Positions 23,001 through 32,606 of a stretch of DNA of 41,489 nt are shown here, piece by piece; the stretch's first letter is position 1; each line of letters opens with the position of its first letter. The notes under the pieces were generated by a model that saw only the letters and a program-made list of their open reading frames with translations, ran no database searches and was not told where the DNA came from. The stretch is taken from assembly GCA_032718475.1 (NCBI GenBank), contig JAUCBJ010003300.1, positions 1 through 41,489 of the forward strand, read 5' to 3'. The translations under genes were made by a program, and so were the position numbers. Source of the DNA: Nemertoderma westbladi. Lineage: Eukaryota; Animalia; Xenacoelomorpha.

Positions 23001-26000
23001 GCAAGTCGAACAAACATCATTCTCTATTGCATCCCCCCAATGCACCATTTACTAGAATTCCTCACTCATCCGCTACCACACCCACACCCATGCCTCGCTC
23101 CACTGCGTCAGCCCCTAACAAACACGTGACAAGTCATCCCCCTATGTCTTCACGAAATACCTGTCTTCACAGATTTCAAAAGAGAAATACTGTTCTACAG
23201 ACAGTCTCTGTTCGTCTCACTTCAGATCATACTACAATGTCTCTTACAACATACGCGTTGATTGACCCAGGCTCTGACCAATCAATACTCGATGACCGAA
23301 ACTTGCCCCCATTAGGTCTCCATTGCACTCAGTATAGGACCATCCCAATTAGTACCTGTCTAGACAAAGAGAGACTCATAGAAGTCGGCGCTATCAAGTG
23401 CAATGTCTCTCCTGTCAGCAGTAATGGGACTCCTACACTAGTGAATGTCACTTTCGATGTCATGAAAGGGTTTAGAGACAACTTCGTAACCCCAAGGCAT
23501 TGGAATATCAGAGAATGGCCCCACTTAGCTGACTTAGACTTGAGTCATCCTCCTTTAGACATCCCTCAAGTAACAGTCTTGTTGGGACAGGATGCCCCAG
23601 TCGCCTTGATGCAACTTCAATCTCGCTGGGGCCCGAACCCCCAGACTCATCCGTACGCTGTCCAAACTCCGTTTGGATGGTCAGTCTGTGGCCCTAATCT
23701 TGCCCCAGACGATGACCTTGACATTTATCCCACCTCACAAATACATTGTACCCTATCTGACGTTAACGACATGGATACACTCAACGACCGACATTCTCCC
23801 CCTGAACGAACTGCAGCTACTTTTGACCCTGGTTCCGATTCAAACTCTGAAGTGACCCAGAACCCACACCCGACAATGACTACATTGGTTCCATTCAGTC
23901 CCAAGTCATCATCCAAACAATCTCAACATCCTAACATTTCATATTTAAACGACCTAGAACAGAACCTTAGACGATTCTGGGAGATGGAAGTACATTCGTC
24001 TTCCTTAGGAAAGGAAATGTCCCCCTTAAACCTTCGATCGCAATCCATACTGCAGGCCATGCGCCTTAAACCCAACGGACATTACTCACTAGGTCTCCTG
24101 TGGAAACGAGACGATGTAACGCTCCCATGTAATAAATTATATGCACAACGTTGTTTAGTTTGGTTGGGGAAACGTCTCAGGAAGAAACCGGAAGTTCTAA
24201 CTCTCTATACCACTCAGGTTGAAGACTATATATCACAGGGATACGCTAGGAAACTCACCCCATCTGAGATTGACTCGCATGGCCCTCGTTCTTGGTACCT
24301 GCCGCACCATTACGTTCTATATCCCAAGAAACCCAACAAGATTAGAGTTGTGTTCAACGCAGCTGCACCCTACTTTGTCACTTCTCTGAATGCCAACCTA
24401 ATCGACGGACCCGACCAATCCAACCTACTGTCTGGAATACTTTGCAAATTCCGTCGCCATGCTGTAGCATTCTCGTGCGATATAAAATCTATGTTCCACC
24501 AGGTCGAAGTCAACCCGGAAGATAGGGACTCCTTGCGATTCCTGTGGTGGGAGAATGGCGACATGGATCGCAGTCCTACAGAATATTGGATGGAAGTCCA
24601 TATCTTTGGAGCAGGGGACTCCCCAACTATCGCTCTCACAGCTCTGCGAAGAACAGGTTCCGACAACGCACACCGATACCCTCCAAGAGTCAATGAAACA
24701 ATTCAAAACGAGTTTTATTACGATGATGGTATGTCTGGTGCTCAAACCCCATTAGAAGCCATAGATCTCGCTAAAAGTTTGATCGAATGTTTATCGCTTG
24801 GGGGATTTCACCTCACCAAGTTTCATTCCAACAATTCCGAATTTCTCAAGTCATTAGACCCAACCTACCTTGCCATCCCGACTCATACCACTCGTGACTC
24901 TGACATACAGACAGCTATCACCACAGCCCTTGGACTTGTTTGGGACACTGTGAATGACACACTATCGATTGACATACGGCTGAAGGACACACCGTCCACC
25001 AAGCGAGGTGTCCTATCTCTAGTCAGTTCTCTATTCGACCCTCTGAGTTTCTTGGGCCCTGTTACCCTCTTACTGCGTATCCTGCTGCAGGATATATGGC
25101 GCCATAAACTTGGATGGGATGACCCTATTCCACTACCACTAGAGACCCGATTGAACGAGTGGAAATTACAACTCACGCTACTGGTCGACTTCTGCATACC
25201 CCGGACTTACACCCCTATTCCTTTACCTGACAACATTTATGACATTCATTCCTTTTCGGACACCAGCGACAAAGGGTATGGTATGGTGAGTTACCTTCGT
25301 ACAACCACACCCGATGGCGCCATTACCACTGGCTTCTTGATTGCCAAGGCCCGTAGTGCCCCCCTCAGATATATCTCTATCCCCAGGCTTGAATTACAAG
25401 CAGCACATCTTTCCGTCGACTTGACTGTACAAGTTCGGCAAGAACTTGACATGCCCATCCGCTCTATGACATTCTGGACTGACTCAACTGTTACTTTAGG
25501 TTACTTGAGAAATGAATCCCGTCGCTTTAAGCCTTACGTAGCCAATCGAGTCAGCCTTATTCATGGTCATACCACTGTGGATCAGTGGCATCATTGCCCG
25601 GGGAATCTTAACCCCGCTGACTATGCGAGTCGTGGGTTATTGCCTCAGAGATTCCTACAAACGGAACAATGGATTCGGGGCCCAGACTTTCTGTCTCTTA
25701 CTCCAGAATACTGGCCGGTCTCGCACAACGCGCCTTATACATTACCCTCCGACGATCCCGAGCTTAAGTCTGACACCCGAGTCTATGCTATGAACACCAT
25801 GGCCCCTTCGCCCCCTACAGACAAACTTATACAGCACTATTATAAGTCATACAGACTCATACGCGGTGTGTCTTGGTTCATTCGTTTCTTTGAATACCTA
25901 AGACATAAACGTGGTCCTCTACAACCCGGTAGTCCTCGTAAGTTGACCTCATCGGAGCTCGTCACTGCCAAACAGCGCATTGAACAGTACGTTCAACGAG

Positions 26001-27358
26001 TTGGCTTCCCAGGTGAGTATACAGCTCTAAAGTCTGGATCCCCAATCCCCAAGGTGAGTACAATCCGGAAACTATCTCCCTTTTTAGACGAAGATGACGG
26101 ATATCTGAGACTAGGGAGCCGCGTTGCACGAGCACCCACGTCCTACGACGCGCGCTTTCCTATCCTTATACCGAAGAATTGTCACTATGCCAGGCTCTTG
26201 ATACACGATGTACACATCAGACTTCGCCATAGTCTGGCATTCCTTAGAGAGCGTTATTGGATCATTAATGCAAGATCGTTGATACGAACCATGCTTAGTG
26301 CTTGCATTGCTTGCAAGAGATTGCATTCTCGCACGATGACCCAGATAATGGCCGATTTACCTGAGTCACGACTCACTCCATATAAACCTGTTTTTGCGTT
26401 TACAGGTATGGACCTATTTGGCCCTTTTCTCTTTAAGAGAATGAGGTCCTTGATTACACGATACGGCATTATATTCATTTGTTTTAATTCTAGGGCGATT
26501 GCACTGGATATGGTAGAGGACCTCTCAACTGACCGTTTTATCAACGCATTACGACGTTTCATCGCCACAAGGGGAACCCCTCAGCACCTCTATTGCGACA
26601 ACGGAACGAACTTTGTCGGCGCCGAATCCGAGCTCGAAGAATCTCTCGCTCGAGTTGACCAAGACAAAGTGACTTCACACTTGAGAACATTGGACTGCAC
26701 CTGGCATTTCCAGACACCGCTTGCCCCCCATACCTCTGGAGTATGGGAACGCCTCATTCGTAGCGTTAAGGACTCTCTATACGCCACCATCAAGGACTCA
26801 ACCCGTATCAACGAGGACACCTTTCGTACAGTGCTGGCCGAGGTAGAAGGAATCCTCAACTCGCGTCCACTGACCCCGGTTACCGACGATCCGACCGCCG
26901 ACCAACCGATTACTCCTCGGCACTTCCTCCTCAGGAACCCTGTCCAACTATCCCCACCAGGGAAGTTTGACCGTAAAGACGAACTCGGCCGCAAATCCTG
27001 GCGACAGGCACAGGGCCTGTCTGATCGTTTCTGGGACATATGGATTCGGGAATATATCCCTACGCTCCACAAACGTTCCAAGTGGACCGCGCCCCGGAGG
27101 AACCTCAAGGTGGACGATGTCGTGATCATTACAGATGAGAAACTCCCTAGAAACTCGTGGAGAATCGGACGAGTTTCTGAGGTTCGGTCCGGTAAAGATG
27201 GACGAGTTCGCACTGTTCGCGTCGCCTACGACAAGTCCGACCTCCTCCGTCCCGTTAGTAAACTTTGTCTGTTGGAGGGATCCGATCCCGATGAGATCCT
27301 CTCGTATTGGGGACGTACACCTGAGGACGACGGAAACGGACTGAAAAACTCCGATTGA
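20060..27358 (+). CDS. gag-pol: BEL/Pao Gag-Pol polyprotein, 2432 aa
   Basis: Uninterrupted ORF. Gag: NPGDSVSQ motif, core LPTLQPSKFDGKLLDYVQF, Zn knuckles CMYCDGGHKIYGC / CRNCLGRGHLTTDC / CKTCKSNKHHSLLH. Protease: ALIDPGS. RT: WYLPHH, CDIKSMFHQV, FYYDD. RNase H: FSDTS, SIPRLEL, FWTDS, NPADYASRG. Integrase: HH-CC plus GMDLFGP / CDNGTNF / VWERLI. DUF5641-like tail ...RPVSKLCLLE. Confidence 0.97.
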   Translation: MATATGSQHQLDEDASSSITSDHGGSPNVDDSRALDSRALSGLKSSFTRAHNALAYHLSLTGPVEDGLIEASFNTFKLSFGKYRSKTHQILLIPNFRALNNTLYNKFTHDYAEAEARYYQLERKYADYQEDAQSESIPVVDPPNLPSERARRTSLALPHPTATGNINNYHGDFTLTPLGDETSSAGPRHVRRSLTTACIDEYHNPTPFRGFSSPDLTLLNANVGLQSNEIGLPVSAPDNPNPNRETCDQELLTDFLNASRDFVIHNESGFQNTIRPIMPIDLPVEYNKNNPLPVPAALSVLVVNDHLNLGVSVNNSNNTDASPLVSPQVPVSTSVNLVGIPSNPLSVVNSVTQDNPQTKTVETQNGNIGNQVKSRIVDVNPGDSVSQINSHPTISAVPSSKLSGLARATRLKLMKYKAQMQTYQHLDELSKRSKQIQRDAKCRELELEAEFYANEINEQNRNSIVTICSGPTPTIPVPITTLSTDNIPTTTPIVTLPSPYPCTTQSFPPSLPSQPMTVTTRPSINITTAIPIVCSTNHPLVTAHKTTQAVVLPHTVSCVPASLPSTLNPDVAPFNPPTVESLATFQHLPSVPTNHSADPLVNFGNICPSTLSARPLNSHTNHQQSSALTLPNPNTISNHHTLSSQTPVPTVPHHSLDYKSDSTIPSPLAGSLNSEQSALLKLTLPTLQPSKFDGKLLDYVQFKQTFYDLIDSKPIPDNEKHIYLIQFTAGEPRRVAELYRSSDNGYTLAWAQLDKGYGHPREVSRSILNQLTQGPRLNLTVSDLLKFIDDISISHATLESIGSSTRLNDPSNMDLLASRLPIELVNRWTRHATKLHTNKRVEPQVSDLVNFLDQEVSVLNYYGTGKPKTRPPASFPALTSAVPKQVRTTSTTPLRPSLPPNAPQLPIDGAQTTSATSQNRLHCMYCDGGHKIYGCDSFLNLTYHDKDNFVANYPSHDMCRNCLGRGHLTTDCLSKYTCKTCKSNKHHSLLHPPNAPFTRIPHSSATTPTPMPRSTASAPNKHVTSHPPMSSRNTCLHRFQKRNTVLQTVSVRLTSDHTTMSLTTYALIDPGSDQSILDDRNLPPLGLHCTQYRTIPISTCLDKERLIEVGAIKCNVSPVSSNGTPTLVNVTFDVMKGFRDNFVTPRHWNIREWPHLADLDLSHPPLDIPQVTVLLGQDAPVALMQLQSRWGPNPQTHPYAVQTPFGWSVCGPNLAPDDDLDIYPTSQIHCTLSDVNDMDTLNDRHSPPERTAATFDPGSDSNSEVTQNPHPTMTTLVPFSPKSSSKQSQHPNISYLNDLEQNLRRFWEMEVHSSSLGKEMSPLNLRSQSILQAMRLKPNGHYSLGLLWKRDDVTLPCNKLYAQRCLVWLGKRLRKKPEVLTLYTTQVEDYISQGYARKLTPSEIDSHGPRSWYLPHHYVLYPKKPNKIRVVFNAAAPYFVTSLNANLIDGPDQSNLLSGILCKFRRHAVAFSCDIKSMFHQVEVNPEDRDSLRFLWWENGDMDRSPTEYWMEVHIFGAGDSPTIALTALRRTGSDNAHRYPPRVNETIQNEFYYDDGMSGAQTPLEAIDLAKSLIECLSLGGFHLTKFHSNNSEFLKSLDPTYLAIPTHTTRDSDIQTAITTALGLVWDTVNDTLSIDIRLKDTPSTKRGVLSLVSSLFDPLSFLGPVTLLLRILLQDIWRHKLGWDDPIPLPLETRLNEWKLQLTLLVDFCIPRTYTPIPLPDNIYDIHSFSDTSDKGYGMVSYLRTTTPDGAITTGFLIAKARSAPLRYISIPRLELQAAHLSVDLTVQVRQELDMPIRSMTFWTDSTVTLGYLRNESRRFKPYVANRVSLIHGHTTVDQWHHCPGNLNPADYASRGLLPQRFLQTEQWIRGPDFLSLTPEYWPVSHNAPYTLPSDDPELKSDTRVYAMNTMAPSPPTDKLIQHYYKSYRLIRGVSWFIRFFEYLRHKRGPLQPGSPRKLTSSELVTAKQRIEQYVQRVGFPGEYTALKSGSPIPKVSTIRKLSPFLDEDDGYLRLGSRVARAPTSYDARFPILIPKNCHYARLLIHDVHIRLRHSLAFLRERYWIINARSLIRTMLSACIACKRLHSRTMTQIMADLPESRLTPYKPVFAFTGMDLFGPFLFKRMRSLITRYGIIFICFNSRAIALDMVEDLSTDRFINALRRFIATRGTPQHLYCDNGTNFVGAESELEESLARVDQDKVTSHLRTLDCTWHFQTPLAPHTSGVWERLIRSVKDSLYATIKDSTRINEDTFRTVLAEVEGILNSRPLTPVTDDPTADQPITPRHFLLRNPVQLSPPGKFDRKDELGRKSWRQAQGLSDRFWDIWIREYIPTLHKRSKWTAPRRNLKVDDVVIITDEKLPRNSWRIGRVSEVRSGKDGRVRTVRVAYDKSDLLRPVSKLCLLEGSDPDEILSYWGRTPEDDGNGLKNSD

Positions 27359-27576
27359 ACACAAACTCGATGTAACATTGTTTCGAACTCAAATTCGATG
27401 TCGCGTCGCCTCGAACATGGAACTCTCTCAATATCTCACACGTACTAACTCGTTGATATTAACCCTTTAGTATGGTGGCGGTTGAGTATTTCATTGGTTA
27501 TACGTAGACTTGTACACCCTATCACTCTATCTATATCGCGTTGGTTTTCCTATGTCTCCTTTTGGCACTCCCTGCC

Positions 27577-27589
27577 AAGAGGGGCGGTG
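27577..27589 (+). promoter_or_regulatory. Polypurine tract of element C
   Basis: AAGAGGGGCGGTG immediately 5' of the 3' LTR start (TGTCAAC at 27590). Confidence 0.8.
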
Positions 27590-29138
27590 TGTCAACCAAC
27601 GCTCTAAAATTTCCTTTAACATTCACTTTATATCACTCGATTTACTTTACCTCACTCGCTTTACCCGCCTTTAATCGATTTCTCTCTCTCTCTCCCTGTC
27701 TCTCTCTCACTGTCTCTCTCTCACTCTCTCTCTCTCACTCTGTGTTAATTACTTTCACTTTCTTACTAACTCCACACGTGAGTTGATTGTGGTAGTACTT
27801 GACCTCACCCTCTCAATTACTTTCACTTTCTTACTAACTCCACACGTGAGTTGATTGTGGTAGTACTTGACCTCATCCTCTCAATTACTTTCACTTTCTT
27901 ACTAACTCCACCCACACGTGAGTTGATTGTGCTAGTACTTGACGCCCTGCCCTCTCTTATTTTCGCCTCAGTTATGTATTTATCGTTTTGTCCCAAAATT
28001 GTAATACTCACTTCGTCTCCAAATTATGTCATTGTTGTCGCTGGTATTTTAATCAAAAGGTTCGCATGTTTGCATACTTGTACACACACATATCGAAAAA
28101 CTAGGCTTTCATTTCCGTAGATTGACCAGTCTATCTATAGCAGAAACTAACAAAATTCCTTGACTTGGTGCGGCACCCTCAATATAATCTGACCATTTAA
28201 ATCACCAAAATACGTACTACACACCCATCCATCTTACTAACATAATCATTCGTACAGTACGTGGACTCGGGTTACAGCGGGATTCCACATTTCATTCATA
28301 TAATAAACCCCCCAAGTCTTGTCTTACTAACATGATCATTTTGTACAGTACGTGGACTCGGGTTGCAGCGAGATTCCACTTATCATTCACTTAACAAGCC
28401 CCCCCTCAGTCCCACTAACATTATCAAGTACTGTAAGTGGCCCCAGGTTAAAGCGGGCTGCCACATGTTCATTCATATAACCACCCCTCTCTCGATATAT
28501 ACTGACATTATATTATATAATTAATAATAATAACCCTTCACAACGCCCATCAACCTCAAACAGAATTATTGAATCTCTGCACATTCATTGGTCGAATCTA
28601 CTAATTTGTTAGCCCTAGTATGCCCGTCATGTGTTACATCAATGCAAACCTCATGTTTTAGGCCTGACCCCCTCCATTCAGCATCTTGACCTCCTGTTAT
28701 CACCTCGCGATGTAATAATTTACCATTATATACTTCGTTCTGAGCAATTTCGTCAGTCTTGCTATTTTCTCCACCGGTTGTCACAAATTGTTTTTTACCG
28801 CTCGCTCGCTCGCTCGCTCGCTCACTCCCCATCCGCTCGCTTGCACGCCTTTTCATTCGTCCCATTTCATTTACTTTGATAACACTTTATTTCTGCTGAT
28901 CTTTGTAACCACATATACTCGAAGTAAATGTTTCATTCATTTCCCCTCCCCTTATTTTATCAATATTTTTACTGCGTTATCGAAATATATTATATTATTT
29001 ATTAGTGCTTTTATTGTCCACATTTCATTATCATAACTGCCCGTAATTTGTAAATACAAAACGATTGAACGCGAGCGCGTTAATAAAGAAACTCAATTTT
29101 GCAACCGAAACCTCCCTTGAGTGTCCCAATGATAGACA
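27590..29138 (+). repeat. 3' LTR of element C (1549 bp)
   Basis: Copy of 18264-19814. By eye it differs by 3 substitutions and a C9 versus C7 run. It is followed by the TSD ATCGC. Confidence 0.98.
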
Positions 29139-30820
29139 ATCGCGACAAACCTGTGTCATAATTGCGTGAATAGAGGGCATATGGAATATTCATGTACATT
29201 TGGAAAACCAGAAATAGGAAATGGACCAAATAATAACATAGGAACTGCGATGGGAGAGGAAAGGGAGCAAAGTACAGTGTTACTCTGAGTAGTACCTGTA
29301 AGGATTCGTGGTGTAGATAGTAGATAGATAGCGGCGCTGCATTTACACTTACTGAGAAATTAATAGCGGACAGGATAGGACTGATAAAGAGACCAGGGGA
29401 TATGTCTGTGACAACCATAACTACTAAGGATGAAGTAATGAGGATGATGGTAGGACAGTGCACGATAGAGTCTATCGCGCCAGGATATAGATTATTGGAT
29501 TGGAAAAATGTGATCCTCTATGGATCACAGAAACACTCAACATCAAGGCAAGGAGGCCGACTAGTATAGAAATGGGCAATTATAAATGATAGTGGCATAG
29601 ACTTCAGGATACAACTGACTTCTGCATGCCTAACTGGTCACAATATATTAAAGGTGGTATTTGGAGAGAAAGGGTCTGGTGATCCAGGTGCAATATTAAC
29701 ACCTTTTGGGTGGACACTAAGTGGACCAGTTAGCACAGGAAGAAAGATAAGTACACCCTTGCATTCCAGATATATGTTGAAAATGACCATGACAGAGGAC
29801 CAAAAATTGGAGAGACAGGATTTAATCCAAATGGACATGGAGGGTATAAAAGATACAAAGAGGGAGACATCGGATGGGGATGAGGTGGATGCCCGGACTA
29901 TCAGTTTCGACCCAGATGTCAGCTGCTCCGTGACCAGCATCTACAACCAGGACATCATCGGGGATGTGTGCCATCCGGTGGTCAGCGAGTCTGTCTGCCA
30001 CATCGACTGGGGGATGGTCCACTCAGTCCATTGCATGGATACCAGACAATTTAACAAACCGGTCCACTCTGTACAAAGCATGGATGCAGGCCCAATACTG
30101 GATCCGATCTATTCGGTGTCCTACAAGGGGTGAGCCATCAGGATGTGGCTGATGCATACAGTACAGAATGTGGATAGTGTTTGGTTGCTATGACCGATGC
30201 ATACAGTGCCCATCATGGATAAAGGTCGGTTGCTATGACCAACGCATATGGTGTGGAATGTTGATAGAGGTCGGTTGTTTCATCCGGTGCATATGCATGG
30301 TGCACCAGGTGGCGGTGGGATTGGTGCAGCCGATGGTGCAACAGAGGGTGCACCAACAGCACATAGGGAGGTTGATGAGACTGGTGGCTGAGATAGTGAC
30401 TGCTATGCGTATGCGGAGGGTTGAGGTGTGAGGGTCAGTGCGCTGAGATGAGTTGGAGTTGGAGCAGTGAGGGAAGTTGTGGTTGGAGCAGTGGACATTG
30501 GAGCGATTGGGGTCAGTGCCGTGGGTGTCAGTACTGTGGGTGTCAGTGATGTGGGCATTAGTGGAGACAATCAATGGAGACCATCCAGAATGGTGGCGTG
30601 TCATCCAGCAAGGGACAGACATATCCAGAATTCCAATGTCAATAACAATGTCTGTGTCGTGGAAAGATTCGCCTCTTTCCACAACAAATTGGTGGAAAGA
30701 TTGGAGAGAAAAAGGTATACGTACGTATACGAGACCGATAACCAATTGTTGCTTGGTAGATGATTCGGCATGAGTAAATATCGTCCAATAGACTTCTTGG
30801 ACTGGGGGGGGGAGGGGTGT
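29139..30820 (+). mobile_element. Degenerate BEL/Pao element B, 3' part (protease region, repeat filler, integrase tail)
   Basis: IDSGAAFTLTEKLIADRIGLIKRPGDMSVTTITTKDEVM...ESIAPG and AILTPFGWTLSGP are homologous to element A. RT, RNase H and integrase core are absent. WRPSRMVACHPARDRHI and YTRPITNCCLV near 30575-30773 resemble the BEL integrase C-terminal tail. Confidence 0.75.
30016..30295 (+). repeat. Diverged 45-bp tandem repeat, 6-7 units
   Basis: Units start at 30016, 30061, 30106, 30151, 30196, 30241 and 30286 (G(G/A)T(C/G)CA...GTxxxxxxxTGGAT...CC). Confidence 0.75.
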
Positions 30821-31040
30821 TGTGAGATATAGCGTGTATACAATATATACCTCAAGTACAGTAACAGTACTGGTTATTGATGTATACCTACATATTCTTC
30901 TCTTACTGTCTGATTGTGATACCGGTACATTACATTAATTCTATTCAGTGAGTTTAATATATATATACTGATATAACTGTATAGGGCCTACTGAAATATT
31001 ATATTGCTGAATTGACATTGCATCTTAACTTAATCTCACA
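30821..31040 (+). repeat. LTR of element D (220 bp)
   Basis: Perfect 8-bp inverted termini TGTGAGAT...ATCTCACA, immediately followed by the PBS. Confidence 0.75.
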
Positions 31041-31041
31041 T

Positions 31042-31052
31042 TGGTGACCCGA
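31042..31052 (+). promoter_or_regulatory. Primer-binding site, tRNA-Trp-like
   Basis: TGGTGACCCGA 1 nt after the LTR end, resembling the TGGTGACCCCG Trp PBS. Confidence 0.75.
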
Positions 31053-31166
31053 ACCTGCGGACCTACCTGCTTACTACTAATAATGTAATAAAGTTCTGTA
31101 CCGGTACCCGAACTTCTGAACTTACCAATATCAATTCTGCTCTGCTTGACGTTCTATACAAACATA

Positions 31167-32026
31167 ATGGCTGATGATGAGAATAATTTGGAACCAAACG
31201 ACCAAGTTGTTCGGAGGGGTGCAGTGAAACCTCCCGTTTTCTTTTTAGATCAAATCCAGCAGTGTGGTTTACAATATTAGAAGCCCACTTTCAACTGGCG
31301 AATATTACGAGCGAAATCATGAAGTTTCATCACGTCACGGTGAACTTACCTGATGACGTTGCCATCAATATCACACCAAGCATACAAACTTTTGATGAAA
31401 TTAAAGCCATTATTTTTATTTTGCAGCTTTATCAGAAAACGAAATCGGAATTATTAGAGGGAGCTTTAGGACAGGTGACACTAGATGGTCAGAAACCATC
31501 CTTAGTGTATTTGAGAATAAAACGAAAGCTTACCGAGTGCAATTAACGGCTGACGATGATTTAGTCCACCATAAATTACACCAAGCACTTCCTGTTGCAG
31601 CGTGATCTGCGTTAATCTCTCATCAAAGTTTAAAACCTGAAGAATTTGCTGCACTAACAGACACAATTTTACAATTTACAAGTTCAACCGCTCAACCATC
31701 TACTTTTGCTAACATTATTAAAGTGGATACCAGTGATTGTCAAGATGCTTATGGTGGAAATTCTAGAGGTGGAGGCGGATTTTCCTATCATCATGGTGAT
31801 AATCCTCATAGTCGTTATCGGGGCAATCATAAACACCATTTGGGGCTGTGTTCCCATTTAGCGATGGGCAGAAACCAAACTATGTCGCTACCATGTCTAC
31901 TATGGCAGAAAAGCAAATAAATGCAAACCTTGGTGTTGCTGGCCTGGACAGAAACCCAGGGATGTAGAACCATCGTCGCTTCCAAACTCTCAAGACTCCT
32001 CACATCAAAGGGATGAGGGAAACTAG
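31167..32026 (+). pseudogene. gag: CsRn1-like gag, disrupted
   Basis: MADDENN...AVKPPVF(fs)...PAVWFTILEAHFQLANITSEIMKFHHV...LDGQKPS. CRYHVYYGRKANKCKPWC at 31883-31936. Ends GGGAAACTAG. Confidence 0.82.
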
Positions 32027-32606
32027 ATCCCCTCAGCACCAATGCTGCTATCTCTGGGGGTACTGCCGTTTTTCGGTTAACTGCAGCACTTGTAGGTAAT
32101 GGCAGAAAACAGCCTATAGACTTACTGGATCACAGGTGTCCATTGTTAACCCAGCAAGCATAAACACTCACACTTGGGAACAAACCTCAACTAATCTTCG
32201 CTCCTCTTCAGGGCAACCTATAACTGTATATGGAAAACTACTCCTCTGATTTCTCAATTCCGACGAGATTTTACATGGACATTTTATGTTGCAGATGTGA
32301 ATGAAAATATACTTGGATTGGATTTTTTTATCCCATTACAATATGTTATTAGATTGAAAAGAAAACAGATAATTGATAGCGAAACTAATCTAACAAAACC
32401 CATACAACTAGCTAATACATCCAGTATCTCTGTACATAAGGTCTCCATTAAACATTCTGATTCTAAACTTAACGAACTACTCTACAAATTCAATGAGTTA
32501 TTTGATGACCATGTTGAACATACCACTGTTCCTCCGCACGACACAGTTCATCGAATAGTCACTAAATCAACCTATTTCGGCGAAACCGAAACAGTATTTT
32601 GCTGAT

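Larger units (their letters stand above)
18264..29138 (+). mobile_element. Full-length, recently inserted BEL/Pao LTR retrotransposon (element C), 10,875 bp
   Basis: Two near-identical LTRs with TGTC...GACA termini, a 5-bp TSD ATCGC at 18259-18263 and 29139-29143, a single Gag-Pol ORF, and a PPT before the 3' LTR. Confidence 0.98.

Noticed and set aside
26590-27364. Antisense ORFs (207 aa and 138 aa) over the integrase
   Set aside because: Shadow ORFs of the pol frame with no recognisable motifs.
27359-27589. env-like or extra ORF in element C
   Set aside because: There are only ~230 bp between the pol stop and the 3' LTR, so no room for one.
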